From an uncultured Lachnospiraceae bacterium (GTDB taxonomy: Bacteria; Bacillota; Clostridia; Lachnospirales; Lachnospiraceae): a DNA stretch of 64,000 nt. Under the pieces are notes generated by a model that worked only from the letters and a program-made list of their open reading frames with translations, had not been told where the DNA came from and searched no databases. Location: assembly GCA_946552115.1 (NCBI GenBank), contig CAMNRH010000009.1, forward strand, positions 18,626 to 82,625, in the 5' to 3' direction. The position numbers and the translations under genes were made by a program. Positions 44,858 to 55,506 of this stretch are shown here, piece by piece (within the stretch, counting starts at the first letter, position 1; each line of letters opens with the position of its first letter).

Positions 44858-44885
44858 TTATATAAAAGGAGCACCTATAAGTCAA
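44858..44885 (-). promoter_or_regulatory. consensus sigma-A promoter TTGACT-17-TATAAT for the aldo/keto reductase gene
   Basis: Minus strand: TTGACT (44885-44880), TATAGGTGCTCCTTTTA spacer, TATAAT (44863-44858). Confidence 0.6.
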
Positions 44886-44896
44886 ACTAAAAACCT

Positions 44897-44914
44897 GCAT
44901 CCTGTAATCGATGC
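44897..44914 (-). terminator. small hairpin TGCATC-N6-GATGCA followed by GGTTTTT (minus strand), 3' of the small Cys/Gly-rich gene
   Basis: Read directly from the sequence. The stem is short (6 bp). Confidence 0.4.
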
Positions 44915-45055
44915 AATCCGCGGCAAATCAAACGAATATAAATATGAATGAATCATAACAACGAAATGCAATGAGCCGGAAAACCGTTGTTCGATTTCCA
45001 GCTCATTTCTTTGTGTCCGTATATCTGTTTTATCCACATCCGGCCTGATTCTTAT

Positions 45056-45379
45056 CTATCTGCAATGTCCGCCGCGGAAACCATTTCCACACCCGCTCCG
45101 GGCTCCTCGTCCGCATCCGCCGCCCTGACCCTGACCGAATACATAATTATCACAGACTCCGTCCCCGTTTTCATCGACAAAATTCCTGCCGCAGCCATCA
45201 CAAACGCCATTTACGTTCACGCCTGCGTAAATACGCATATTGCCGACATTATCACAAATCCCATCTCCGTCCGCATCTGCAAAATTGCGTCCGGATCCGG
45301 AATTCACCGGAAATGCGGCTGCCACATCCGCTGACAGCACAACAACGGCCGCTAAAGCTCCTAAAAATGCTCTGCCCAT
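45056..45379 (-). CDS. small secreted Cys/Gly-rich protein with a duplicated GRNF-x-D-x-(D/N)GDG-x-CDN motif
   Basis: 107 aa. Signal peptide MGRAFLGALAAVVVLSADVAAAF. Repeats GRNFADADGDGICDN and GRNFVDENGDGVCDN. Gly/Arg/Cys-rich tail. It has its own promoter and a GGAGGG RBS. Confidence 0.6.
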   Translation of the reverse strand: MGRAFLGALAAVVVLSADVAAAFPVNSGSGRNFADADGDGICDNVGNMRIYAGVNVNGVCDGCGRNFVDENGDGVCDNYVFGQGQGGGCGRGARSGCGNGFRGGHCR

Positions 45380-45408
45380 AGTAACCCTCCATAATATTTA
45401 TATATCTT

Positions 45409-45437
45409 ATTATATCATAAATCCAGAAATTTCAAAA
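45409..45437 (-). promoter_or_regulatory. predicted promoter with extended -10 (TGATATAAT) for the small secreted protein gene
   Basis: Minus strand: TTTTGA, a 17-nt spacer, then TATAAT with TGn immediately upstream. Confidence 0.45.
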
Positions 45438-45459
45438 CAGAAAATTTTTTCAATTAGAC

Positions 45460-46071
45460 TTACACCCCCATCGTAATATCTTTCTGCGTCTTCGCCCTCC
45501 GATAAAAGGTTGTTCTTGCAAGATTGCACAGCCTTGCCGCCTCTTCTCCGGAAATTTCTTTATTCAGCCATCTTTCATAGACCTGCCTGAAATTATCCGG
45601 AGTCGGTGTCTGGGGACGGCCAAATTGTACGCCCCGCTGCATCGCCGCCTCAATTCCTTCCTTTTGTCTCTGCCGTATATTTTTATGCTCATTCTCCGCC
45701 ACAAATGACAGCACCTGGAGTACAATATCACTCAGAAAGGTTCCCATCAAATCCTTTCCGCGCCTCGTATCAAGAAGCGGCATGTCCAAAACCACAATAT
45801 CTACCTTTTTTTCCTTTGTCAGAATGCTCCACTGTTTTAAAATCTCATCATAGTTCCGCCCCAGACGGTCAATACTTTTTACATATAGTATATCCTCCGG
45901 TTTCATTTTTTTCAGTAAACGCAGATACATAGGACGGTTAAAATCTTTCCCGGACTGTCTGTCCACATAAATATTCTGCTTCGGTATCCGCACCTTATAA
46001 AGCGCCCTCATCTGCCTGTCCTCATTCTGCTCTCTCGTACTTACACGCACATAACCATAGATTGTTCCCAT
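45460..46071 (-). CDS. small serine recombinase (resolvase/invertase family)
   Basis: 203 aa. YGYVRVSTREQNEDRQ catalytic Ser motif and a C-terminal HTH (ARLCNLARTTFYRR). Confidence 0.85.
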   Translation of the reverse strand: MGTIYGYVRVSTREQNEDRQMRALYKVRIPKQNIYVDRQSGKDFNRPMYLRLLKKMKPEDILYVKSIDRLGRNYDEILKQWSILTKEKKVDIVVLDMPLLDTRRGKDLMGTFLSDIVLQVLSFVAENEHKNIRQRQKEGIEAAMQRGVQFGRPQTPTPDNFRQVYERWLNKEISGEEAARLCNLARTTFYRRAKTQKDITMGV

Positions 46072-46231
46072 ATGCTCCTCCTTAACGTCTGTTTCGTATT
46101 GTGACCTGTGTCACAGTAAATTTTGAAACATCAGAAGCATCTCCCGCAAGCAAAAAGGAGAAGTCAAAAAAATAAAAGTGCCAAAATGTGACACTCCTAT
46201 TTCCGCAATCAGCTATTATACAAAGCCGAAG

Positions 46232-47620
46232 TTAAATATACGCTTTATTTTTCCATTTTCCTCTCTTATAGAAGATACTTGTAATAACTGCGCCCAATAC
46301 CCATGATATTAACAATGATATAAACACACATGCTCTCTGCCCCTGCGGAAGCTCCGGTGTTTTTGTCAGATATACCAATCCGTAGGCCACCGGCACACGG
46401 ATGACAATTGTGCTGACCAGTGAAATCCACATAGGAGTCATCGTATCCCCCGCGCCTCGCATGACGCCGGATAAAGTCTGGGTTACCGCTACAGCCACAT
46501 AACCGATAGCCAGAATCCGCATCATATTCATACTGAGCTCTACAAGCTCCGGAGTATTTGTAAAAATTCTCATCAGGTAACGCCCGAATATAAGTATCAA
46601 CGCCACAATTACCGCTGAAGTTCCCATTGCCATAATCGTCCCCTGCTTTGCTCCTTCCGAAACCCGCTTATGCTCTCCTGCGCCCACATTCTGCCCCGCG
46701 TAGGTCGTCATAGCGGTTCCAAAGGAAAAATTAGGCATCATGGCAAATCCGTCCACACGCATCACGATAACATTTGCCGCAATAAACAATTCTCCAAAGC
46801 TGTTTGTAAGAGACTGCACGACAAGCATTGCCATCGACATAATCGCCTGCGTCAGGCCGGAGGGAACACCAAGCCTTATAATACCGGACGCATATTTTTT
46901 GAACAGGCGCACATATTTCCAGTCCATCGTAAAAAGCTCCTGAAGCTTTGTAAGTCTCCTGATACAGAGCAGCGCCGAAACTGCCTGCGCAATTACCGTC
47001 GCCAGCGACACTCCGGCCACGCCCATATCAAAACGGACGACAAATAACAAATCCAGTACAATATTAAGACCGCTGGCCACCAAAAGATACAGAAGCGCTG
47101 ACATCGAATCTCCGAGTCCTCTTAAAATCCCGCTTAAAATATTATAAAATGCCATGCCCGCAATGCCGAGAAACATAATTCTTAAATACGAGGCGCACCA
47201 GTCAATAATTGTCTCCGGCGTGCTAAGAAGCTCTAAAAGCGGCCTTGCTGCCAGCGTTGCCGCCACCATAACCAAAAGGGACGCAAGCGCTGTCAGTACA
47301 ATCGAGGTTCCGATTGTCTTTGAAAGCGCTTCTTTGTTTCTTGCACCGAGATATTGGGAAACCATAATTCCGGATCCCATACTGATTCCCACAAACAATA
47401 CAATTAAAAGATTCAATATCGGTCCGGCGCTTCCCACCGCCGCAAGTGCATTATCCCCTACAAATTGTCCCACTACCACACTGTCCACGGTATTATACAG
47501 CTGTTGAGCAATATTTCCAAGCAGCATCGGAACCGTAAAAATAACGATATCCTCCCACGGCTTTCCGACGGTCATATCCACCGGAGCAAATAATTTTTTC
47601 AATCCGTCCATCTCACTCAC
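46232..47620 (-). CDS. MATE family efflux transporter
   Basis: 462 aa with 12 predicted TM helices. N-terminal motif PMLLGNIAQQLYNTVDSVVVGQFVG. Confidence 0.85.
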   Translation of the reverse strand: MSEMDGLKKLFAPVDMTVGKPWEDIVIFTVPMLLGNIAQQLYNTVDSVVVGQFVGDNALAAVGSAGPILNLLIVLFVGISMGSGIMVSQYLGARNKEALSKTIGTSIVLTALASLLVMVAATLAARPLLELLSTPETIIDWCASYLRIMFLGIAGMAFYNILSGILRGLGDSMSALLYLLVASGLNIVLDLLFVVRFDMGVAGVSLATVIAQAVSALLCIRRLTKLQELFTMDWKYVRLFKKYASGIIRLGVPSGLTQAIMSMAMLVVQSLTNSFGELFIAANVIVMRVDGFAMMPNFSFGTAMTTYAGQNVGAGEHKRVSEGAKQGTIMAMGTSAVIVALILIFGRYLMRIFTNTPELVELSMNMMRILAIGYVAVAVTQTLSGVMRGAGDTMTPMWISLVSTIVIRVPVAYGLVYLTKTPELPQGQRACVFISLLISWVLGAVITSIFYKRGKWKNKAYI

Positions 47621-47703
47621 TTCCTTCTACATTTTTCTACCGCATATGTATTCCATAGTAATGCAGTATCAGAAAGTTTGCAAGATATTTTCCAAAAGAA
47701 GCA

Positions 47704-49188
47704 CTATAAATTCGTATATCCCATCAGCGCCTCGTCAACTGCCCGGGCCGCCTTTCTTCCTTCTCTGATTGCCCAGACGACAAGCGACTGCCCCCTGTGC
47801 ATATCTCCTGCGGTAAAGACTTCGGGCACGCTGGTCCGGTAACTGTCCTTTTCTGTTTTTACGTTTGACCGGGAATCTACATCTACCTTAAATGCATCCG
47901 TCACATAGGACTGGCTTCCCAAAAATCCTGCGGCAATTAAAACCAGCTCCGCGGCAATTGTTTTCTCACTTCCCGGAACCGGAACCATATTGATTCTGCC
48001 GGATTTTTCATCCCGCTCCGCCTTAAGCGACATGGTAACAGCCGTTTTTACATTGCCGTTTTTATCTTTCTGGAATTCCTTTACCGTTGTCTGATAGATG
48101 CGCGGGTCATGCCCGTAAAGTGCAATGGCTTCCTCCTGCCCGTAATCTGTTTTCAGCACCTTCGGCCACTGCGGCCATGGATTTGACGCGCCTCTTTCTT
48201 CCTCCGGCTTTGGCATCATCTCCAGCTGTGTTACGGATTTTGCTCCCAGACGTATGGCTGTTCCTACACAGTCATTCCCTGTGTCTCCGCCGCCGATAAC
48301 CAAAACATGTTTTCCCTTTGCCGGAATATACGCTTTGTCTTTAAACTCCGAATCCAAATAACTTTTTGTTACGGATGACAGAAAATCAACTGCAAAATAA
48401 ATTCCCCTGCTCTCTCTTCCCGGTACCTGTATATCCCTCGGATTAGAGGCGCCGCACGCCAGTATGATTCTGTCAAACTCCTTTTTCAGCCTGCCGGGTG
48501 AAACATCCCGTCCTACATCCGTATTTACCCTGAATATAACTCCCTCTTCCTCCATCAGATGAATCCTCCGGTCGAGAATCTTTTTTTCAAGCTTCATATT
48601 CGGAATTCCGTATCTTAACAAACCTCCGATTCTGTCGCTTCGCTCATATACTGTCACAAGGTGTCCCCTTCGGTTCAGCTGCTGTGCCGCCGCCAGCCCC
48701 GCCGGGCCGCTTCCGATAACCGCAACCTTTTTTCCGGTGCGAATCCCCGGGGGTTTCGGCACAACCCATCCCCTGGCAAACGCATGCTCAATAATCGCCC
48801 TCTCGTTTTCTTTCGTCGCCACCGGCTCCCCGTCCAGATTGCAGGTACAGGCAGCCTCACAGAGCGCCGGACATACCCTGCCCGTAAATTCCGGAAAGCA
48901 ATGGGTTTTGCTTAAGCGCTCATAGGCCTGTTTCCAATTGCCGCTGTAAACCAAATCATTGGTTTCCGGCACCAGATTATGAAGCGGACATCCGGAAGCC
49001 ATCCCGCCCAACATCTCTCCGTTCTGACAGAAAGGCACGCCGCATTCCATGCACCGTCCTCCCTGTTTCTTCTGCTCCTCTAAGGATAACGGCAAGCGAA
49101 ATTCATGGAAATGACAAATCCTTTTTAAGGGTTCCTCCGCCCCCGCATTTTTTCTTTCATACTCTAAAAATCCTGTCGCTTTTCCCAT
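47704..49188 (-). CDS. gltD: glutamate synthase (NADPH) small subunit
   Basis: 494 aa. CMECGVPFC cluster region and VAVIGSGPAGLAAA dinucleotide fold. Confidence 0.9.
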   Translation of the reverse strand: MGKATGFLEYERKNAGAEEPLKRICHFHEFRLPLSLEEQKKQGGRCMECGVPFCQNGEMLGGMASGCPLHNLVPETNDLVYSGNWKQAYERLSKTHCFPEFTGRVCPALCEAACTCNLDGEPVATKENERAIIEHAFARGWVVPKPPGIRTGKKVAVIGSGPAGLAAAQQLNRRGHLVTVYERSDRIGGLLRYGIPNMKLEKKILDRRIHLMEEEGVIFRVNTDVGRDVSPGRLKKEFDRIILACGASNPRDIQVPGRESRGIYFAVDFLSSVTKSYLDSEFKDKAYIPAKGKHVLVIGGGDTGNDCVGTAIRLGAKSVTQLEMMPKPEEERGASNPWPQWPKVLKTDYGQEEAIALYGHDPRIYQTTVKEFQKDKNGNVKTAVTMSLKAERDEKSGRINMVPVPGSEKTIAAELVLIAAGFLGSQSYVTDAFKVDVDSRSNVKTEKDSYRTSVPEVFTAGDMHRGQSLVVWAIREGRKAARAVDEALMGYTNL

Positions 49189-49191
49189 GTC

Positions 49192-52100
49192 CTATTCCCC
49201 CGTTTCTTTCGTCTGAAAACTTTCATAAAATGCTTCCATCTGCGCCTGCTCAGTGCTCATTCCCTTTTCCTCAAGCTTAGCGGATAATGCAATCATTTTC
49301 TTATAATCATAAGGGATAATCTTTTTAAATTTGGGAAGATACTCGTCTAAATGCTCGAGAATCCGCGTTCCTCTTTCTGAACCGGTTGCTTCCACATGCT
49401 CCTGAATCATTTCTTTCAATTCCTGAATGTCATACTTATTTTCCACTTTCTCAATCGAAATCATATCTTTATTCAGATTCCGGTACAGATGGCTGTTCTC
49501 ATCCAATACATAGGCAATTCCCCCGCTCATACCTGCCGCAAAATTTTTTCCTGTTTTTCCGAGTACAACTACCCTGCCCCCGGTCATATATTCGCAGCCA
49601 TGCTCGCCCACTCCCTCTACTACTGCGCGGGCTCCGGAATTACGAACGGCAAACCGCTCGCCTGCCACACCGTTAATATATGCTTTTCCGCTGGTAGCGC
49701 CGTAGAGCGCTACATTTCCCGCGATAATATTTTTCTCCGCCTGATAGCCCCTTTTCTTCGGCGGATAGAGAATCAGCTTCCCTCCGGAGAGGCCTTTCCC
49801 GTAATAGTCGTTGGTATCCCCGCAAAGCGTCAGGGTAAGCCCTTCCGGTATAAATGCTCCGAAGCTCTGTCCTCCGGCGCCGGTACACTCCACGGTAATC
49901 GTATCCTCCGGCAATCCGTTTTTATGCCTCCTTGTAATCTCCGCCCCTAAAATTGTTCCAAAGGCTCTGTCCGTATTTCCGACCTTCAGGCTTATGGAAG
50001 CCGTTTCCCCCTTTTCTACCGCTGTCTTAAGCTTCCTGAGAAGAACCCTTTCATCCAGTGTCCTTTCAAGCTGAAAATCATACGCCTGCGCAGGCGAAAA
50101 TATCGTGTTTGCAGCCCTGCTGTCAAATGGATTTGACAAAACCTCCGACAAATCCATCCTGGACGCCATCGGAAGATTCACTTGTTCTTTCACTCTTAAC
50201 AAATCGCTCCTTCCGACCATCTCATCAACCGTACGAACTCCAAGCCTTGCCATATATTCCCGAAGCTCCTCTGCAATGAACAGCATGAAATTTTCCACAT
50301 ACTCCGGTTTTCCCCTGAATCTTTTACGAAGCCCGGGATTCTGTGTCGCAATTCCCACCGGACAGGTATCCAGATTACAGACGCGCATCATTACGCACCC
50401 CATCGTTACAAGAGGCGCCGTGGCAAAGCCGAATTCCTCCGCGCCTAACAGCGCCGCAACCGCCACATCCCGCCCGCTCATAAGCTTTCCGTCTGTCTCA
50501 ATGCGCACCCGGTTTCTAAGACCGTTGCGCAAAAGTGTCTGATGAGTTTCGGCAAGTCCCAGCTCCCACGGAAGGCCTGCATTGTGAATAGAGCTTTCCG
50601 GGGCTGCGCCGGTTCCTCCGTCGTAGCCGGAAATCAAAATCGTCTGGGCGCCCGCCTTTGCCACACCTGCCGCAACGGTTCCTACTCCCGCCTCGGAGAC
50701 AAGCTTTACGGAAATCTGCGCATATTTATTCGCATTTTTCAAATCATAAATCAGCTGCGCAAGATCCTCAATGGAGTAAATATCATGATGCGGCGGCGGA
50801 GAAATCAAACTGACGCCCGGTGTGGAATGTCTTGTCTTTGCAATCCACGGATATACTTTTTTCGCCGGCAGATGTCCGCCCTCTCCAGGTTTTGCGCCCT
50901 GAGCCATCTTAATCTGAATTTCCTGTGCGCTTACCAGATAACGGCTTGTCACGCCAAATCTTCCGGAGGCCACCTGCTTAATTGCGGAGCAGCGGTTATC
51001 GCGGCCTCCCGCGGAATCCAGACGCTCCTCACTCTCGCCGCCCTCACCGGTATTGGACTTTCCATGCAGATGATTCATCGCAATCGCCAGCGTTTCATGC
51101 GCCTCCTGTGAAATAGAGCCGTAAGACATCGCGCCGGTCTTAAAACGCTTTACAATCTCCTGCGCGCTCTCCACCTCCTCAAGCGGAAGCGCCTCCTCCT
51201 GATAGCAAAAGTCAAGCAGGCTTCTTAAATTTCCGCTGCTCTCCTCATCTGCCTTTTTTGTATATTCCTTAAAAAGCTCATAGCTTCCTGTCCATGCCGA
51301 CTGCTGCAGCAGATGAATCGTTTCCGGATGATAGCGGTGCTCCTCTCCTCCACTCCTTCTCTTGTGCTTACCCAGACTGTCAAGCGTCAAATCCGTCTCA
51401 AGTCCCAGCGGGTCAAAGGCTTTTGAATGATAGTATTCTACCTGCTCCTCAATATCCTCCAGCGTAATTCCGCCCACTCTGCTAATGGTACCGGAAAAAT
51501 ACTGCTCCGTCACTTCTTTTGAAATACCGATTGCTTCGAAAATCTTTGCTCCCTGATAGGACTGCATCGTCGAAATTCCCATCTTGGACGCAATCTTTAC
51601 AATTCCGTGAAGAATTGCACTGTTATAATCCTCCACCGCCGCATAATAATCCTTATCCAAAAGCTTTTCCTCTATCAGCTCATGAATTGTATCAAGAGCA
51701 AGGTACGGATTTACCGCACAGGCTCCGTAACCGAGCAATGCGGCAAAATGATGTACTTCCCTCGGTTCGCCGGATTCCAGAATCAATGCAAGGGATGTCT
51801 GCTTTTTTGTATTGACAAGGTGCTGATGTACGGCGGATACTGCCAGAAGCGACGGTATCGGCACATGATTTTCATCCACGCCCCTGTCGGAAAGAACCAG
51901 TATATTTGCTCCGTCCTTATAGGCCTTATCCACCTCCACAAACAGCCTGTCAATCGCCCGGGCAAGCCTTGTACTTTTATAATAGATAATCGGCACAACC
52001 GCAGTGCAAAAGCCCTCCTTCTTCATCTGCCTGATTTTCAGCATATCCGTATTTGTCAAAATCGGATTGTTAATTTTCAATACCTGACAGTTTTCTGCCC

Positions 52101-53751
52101 TCTCCTCCAGAAGATTTCCTTTCTTCCCCACATACACGGTTGTACTCGTTACGATTTCCTCGCGAATTGCGTCAATCGGCGGATTCGTCACCTGGGCAAA
52201 CAGCTGTTTAAAATAATCGAACAGAGGCCTTTTCTTCTCTGAAAGTACTGCAAGAGGCGTATCCACGCCCATTGCGGCAATAGCCTCCCCTCCGTTTAAC
52301 GCCATATTCCGTATGGAATTTTTATACTCCTCATAGGTATATCCAAATGCGATCTGAAGCTTCTTTCTTTTTTCCGGTTCATAGTCCTCCACGCGGCTGT
52401 TGGGAATCCTTAAGCTCCTAAGCTCCACCAGATTGCTGTCCAGCCATTCTCCGTAGGGCTGATTCGTTGTATAGATTTCTTTCAGCTCCTCATCCTGTAA
52501 AATCTTCTCCTGAACCGTATCTACCAGAAGCATCTTCCCGGGATGCAGACGCTCTTTCAAAACAATCTCCTCCTCCGGGACCTCTAAAACACCCACCTCA
52601 GAGGATAAAATCAAATCGCCGTTTTTCAGCACATAGTAACGGGAGGGCCGAAGCCCGTTTCTGTCAAGCACGGCGCCTACCCTGTCGCCGTCTGAAAATA
52701 CAATGGATGCCGGGCCGTCCCACGGCTCCATCATCGTCGCGTAATACTGGTAAAAATCTCTCTCATCCTGAGAAAGAGTTTTATTGTTACTCCACGGCTC
52801 CGGAATCGCTATCATCACTGCCAGCGGAAGCTCCATACCGCTCATAACAAGAAATTCCAGCGTATTATCAAGCATGGCAGAATCAGAACCGCTTGTATTG
52901 ACTACCGGAAGTACCTTATGAAGCTCGCCCTTAAGATGCCCGGACTCCATCGTTTCCTCCCTTGCCAGCATCTTATCCGCATTTCCCCGAATTGTATTGA
53001 TTTCCCCGTTGTGGACGATAAAACGGTTCGGATGCGCACGCTCCCAGCTCGGGTTCGTATTCGTGCTGAATCTGGAATGCACCATCGCAATGGCGGACTC
53101 ATAATCCCTGTCCTGGAGATCTCCGAAAAATGTCCGAAGCTGCCCTACCAGAAACATTCCCTTGTAGACAATCGTCCGGCTGGACATGGATACTACATAA
53201 GTATTATCGTTACTTTGTTCAAAAACTCTTCGTGCAATGTAAAGCCTCCTGTCAAACTCCAGCCCTTTTTCAAGCTGCTCCGGCTTCTTAATAAACGCCT
53301 GAACGATATGAGGCATACATTCCCTCGCCTTATGCCCGAGGACCTCCGCATGCACCGGCACCTCACGGAAGCCGAGAAGCGTGAGTCCTTCCTTTTCCAC
53401 GATAATTTCAAACATTTTTTTCGCCTGATTGCGTTTCAGCTCATTCTGCGGGAAAAACAGCTGCGCAATCCCGTATTCCCGTTCCTCTCCAATCGGAATT
53501 CCCGCCTGGCCGCACACCTTTTTAAAAAAGCGATGGGAAATCTGAAGAAGAATCCCTACTCCGTCTCCCGTCTTTCCCTCAGCGTCTTTTCCTGCCCTGT
53601 GCTCCAGATTTTCTACTATCCTCAATGCGTTTTCCACCGTCTGATGACTTTTGATTCCCCTGCTGTTTACAACAGCTCCGATCCCGCAATTGTCATGCTC
53701 AAACTGCGGCCTGTATAAACCCTGATTTTTCTTCTCTGCATTTTGAATCAT
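49192..53751 (-). CDS. gltB: glutamate synthase large subunit
   Basis: 1519 aa. N-terminal CGIGAV (Ntn GATase), FMN domain and the C-terminal GXGXG domain. Confidence 0.95.
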   Translation of the reverse strand: MIQNAEKKNQGLYRPQFEHDNCGIGAVVNSRGIKSHQTVENALRIVENLEHRAGKDAEGKTGDGVGILLQISHRFFKKVCGQAGIPIGEEREYGIAQLFFPQNELKRNQAKKMFEIIVEKEGLTLLGFREVPVHAEVLGHKARECMPHIVQAFIKKPEQLEKGLEFDRRLYIARRVFEQSNDNTYVVSMSSRTIVYKGMFLVGQLRTFFGDLQDRDYESAIAMVHSRFSTNTNPSWERAHPNRFIVHNGEINTIRGNADKMLAREETMESGHLKGELHKVLPVVNTSGSDSAMLDNTLEFLVMSGMELPLAVMIAIPEPWSNNKTLSQDERDFYQYYATMMEPWDGPASIVFSDGDRVGAVLDRNGLRPSRYYVLKNGDLILSSEVGVLEVPEEEIVLKERLHPGKMLLVDTVQEKILQDEELKEIYTTNQPYGEWLDSNLVELRSLRIPNSRVEDYEPEKRKKLQIAFGYTYEEYKNSIRNMALNGGEAIAAMGVDTPLAVLSEKKRPLFDYFKQLFAQVTNPPIDAIREEIVTSTTVYVGKKGNLLEERAENCQVLKINNPILTNTDMLKIRQMKKEGFCTAVVPIIYYKSTRLARAIDRLFVEVDKAYKDGANILVLSDRGVDENHVPIPSLLAVSAVHQHLVNTKKQTSLALILESGEPREVHHFAALLGYGACAVNPYLALDTIHELIEEKLLDKDYYAAVEDYNSAILHGIVKIASKMGISTMQSYQGAKIFEAIGISKEVTEQYFSGTISRVGGITLEDIEEQVEYYHSKAFDPLGLETDLTLDSLGKHKRRSGGEEHRYHPETIHLLQQSAWTGSYELFKEYTKKADEESSGNLRSLLDFCYQEEALPLEEVESAQEIVKRFKTGAMSYGSISQEAHETLAIAMNHLHGKSNTGEGGESEERLDSAGGRDNRCSAIKQVASGRFGVTSRYLVSAQEIQIKMAQGAKPGEGGHLPAKKVYPWIAKTRHSTPGVSLISPPPHHDIYSIEDLAQLIYDLKNANKYAQISVKLVSEAGVGTVAAGVAKAGAQTILISGYDGGTGAAPESSIHNAGLPWELGLAETHQTLLRNGLRNRVRIETDGKLMSGRDVAVAALLGAEEFGFATAPLVTMGCVMMRVCNLDTCPVGIATQNPGLRKRFRGKPEYVENFMLFIAEELREYMARLGVRTVDEMVGRSDLLRVKEQVNLPMASRMDLSEVLSNPFDSRAANTIFSPAQAYDFQLERTLDERVLLRKLKTAVEKGETASISLKVGNTDRAFGTILGAEITRRHKNGLPEDTITVECTGAGGQSFGAFIPEGLTLTLCGDTNDYYGKGLSGGKLILYPPKKRGYQAEKNIIAGNVALYGATSGKAYINGVAGERFAVRNSGARAVVEGVGEHGCEYMTGGRVVVLGKTGKNFAAGMSGGIAYVLDENSHLYRNLNKDMISIEKVENKYDIQELKEMIQEHVEATGSERGTRILEHLDEYLPKFKKIIPYDYKKMIALSAKLEEKGMSTEQAQMEAFYESFQTKETGE

Positions 53752-55367
53752 AATCCTTTCTCCTCCTGCTTATATTTCACGGCCGCCTGTACCAATCCTC
53801 TGAATAGGGGATGTGCGCGGTTCGGCCTTGATTTTAGTTCCGGATGTCCCTGTGTCGCTATAAAATATGGATGGTCCTCAAGCTCCAGCATTTCTACAAT
53901 CTTTCCGTCCGGCGACTGGCCGGACAGCGTCATGCCCTTTTCCTCCAGCTTGCTGCGGTACATATTGTTTACCTCATACCGGTGGCGGTGGCGCTCGCTG
54001 ATTCTTTCCGTCTGATAAAGCCTTTCTGCCAGACTTCCCTTTTTCAATACACAGGGGTATGCCCCCAGACGCAGGGTCCCCCCGATATCAACCACCCCGT
54101 CCTGCCCGGGCATCAGGGCAATGACCGGATGACGGGTCTCCGGATTCAGCTCGGCGCTGTTTGCATCCTCATATCCCAGAATATGGCGGGCATACTCTAC
54201 AATCGCCATCTGCATGCCCAGACAGATTCCTAAAAACGGAATTTTCTTCTCCCTTGCATACCGAATCGCCGCAATCTTTCCCTCGGTTCCTCTCACCCCG
54301 AAACCTCCCGGAACAAGAATTCCGTCTACCCCCTCAAGCCTTTTGCCTGTATTACTTTCTTCTGTCTCTTCTGAATCTATCCACCTGAACCTTACACTGG
54401 CACGCGCCGCTATACCGCCGTGCTTTAAAGCTTCTACAACACTTAAGTACGCGTCATGCAGCTGTATGTATTTTCCGACAATCGCAATTTCCACCTCATG
54501 CTCCGGATTTCTTAAGCTGTGCACCATTTCACGCCAATCCGCAAGCTTTGGCTCCGGGCAGGGAAGCTTAAGGCAGTCACATACAACCTTTGCAAGCTGT
54601 TCCTTCTCCATGGCAAGGGGCGCTTCATACAGATATTCCACATCCAGATTTTGAAGCACATGATTCTTCGGTACGTTACAGAACAGAGCAATCTTTGCCT
54701 TTAACTCCTCCGGAATCGAATGCTCGCTCCTGCACACAAGAATGTCCGGCCACAGCCCCATTCCCTGAAGCTCCCCTACGCTCTGCTGCGTCGGCTTGCT
54801 CTTTAACTCGCCGGAGGCCTTTAGATAAGGAATCAGTGTAACATGAATCAGAATGGCATTCTCATGCCCTATCTCATGCTGAAATTGCCGGATTGCCTCC
54901 AAAAACGGCTGACTCTCAATATCTCCGACCGTTCCTCCCACTTCAATAATCGCAATTCTTTCCTCTTCCCCGGACACCGCATGATAAAATCTGCTTTTTA
55001 TCTCATTTGTGATATGGGGAATTACCTGTACGGTTCCTCCTCCGTAATCTCCTCTCCGCTCTTTTTGAAGAACAGACCAGTATATTTTCCCGGTCGTTAC
55101 ATTGGAATTTTTATCCAGGCATTCATCAATAAATCTTTCATAATGTCCCAAATCCAAATCTGTTTCCGTTCCGTCATCGGTCACAAAAACCTCTCCGTGC
55201 TGAATCGGGTTCATTGTTCCCGGGTCAACATTAATATAAGGATCAAACTTCTGCATGGTCACCCGGTACCCTCTGGCCTTTAGAAGCCTCCCCAGCGATG
55301 CCGCCGTAATTCCTTTTCCCAATCCGGAGACTACCCCTCCGGTAACAAATACATATTTTACTGCCAT
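53748..55367 (-). CDS. pyrG: CTP synthase
   Basis: 539 aa. [15 protein letters not shown] and GICLGMQ motifs. Its stop overlaps the gltB start (ATGA). Confidence 0.95.
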   Translation of the reverse strand: MAVKYVFVTGGVVSGLGKGITAASLGRLLKARGYRVTMQKFDPYINVDPGTMNPIQHGEVFVTDDGTETDLDLGHYERFIDECLDKNSNVTTGKIYWSVLQKERRGDYGGGTVQVIPHITNEIKSRFYHAVSGEEERIAIIEVGGTVGDIESQPFLEAIRQFQHEIGHENAILIHVTLIPYLKASGELKSKPTQQSVGELQGMGLWPDILVCRSEHSIPEELKAKIALFCNVPKNHVLQNLDVEYLYEAPLAMEKEQLAKVVCDCLKLPCPEPKLADWREMVHSLRNPEHEVEIAIVGKYIQLHDAYLSVVEALKHGGIAARASVRFRWIDSEETEESNTGKRLEGVDGILVPGGFGVRGTEGKIAAIRYAREKKIPFLGICLGMQMAIVEYARHILGYEDANSAELNPETRHPVIALMPGQDGVVDIGGTLRLGAYPCVLKKGSLAERLYQTERISERHRHRYEVNNMYRSKLEEKGMTLSGQSPDGKIVEMLELEDHPYFIATQGHPELKSRPNRAHPLFRGLVQAAVKYKQEEKGL

Positions 55368-55385
55368 TCTTCCTTTCCTCCAATG

Positions 55386-55431
55386 AAAAAAGCGCCAGAA
55401 ATCCCATTTGGATTTCTGACGCCCTCGTCAG
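55386..55431 (-). promoter_or_regulatory. pyrG leader attenuator: intrinsic terminator with an overlapping alternative hairpin
   Basis: The minus-strand terminator is GCGUCAGAAAUCC-AAAUG-GGAUUUCUGGCGC + UUUUUU (55422-55386). The upstream hairpin CUGACG-AGGG-CGUCAG (55431-55416) sequesters the 5' arm. A TTGACA-17-CATAAT promoter lies at 55475-55447. Confidence 0.6.
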
Positions 55432-55506
55432 CGTTTCAATGGTATTATTATGGAGCCTCCGCGCCTGTTTGTCAAACATTTTTTCAAAATTTTTTTCAAT
55501 CAACGG

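Noticed and set aside
45056-45379. The small Cys-rich protein as a RiPP or bacteriocin precursor.
   Set aside because: It has a Sec-type signal peptide rather than a leader with a double-Gly or other processing site. No modification enzyme, immunity gene or dedicated transporter gene is adjacent; the MATE gene lies beyond the recombinase and is generic.
46107-46193. A possible invertible segment: an 8-nt inverted repeat GTGTCACA / TGTGACAC, about 70 bp apart, upstream of the serine recombinase.
   Set aside because: The repeat is too short to call an inverton. One arm is just part of a local palindrome. I recognised no promoter inside the segment.
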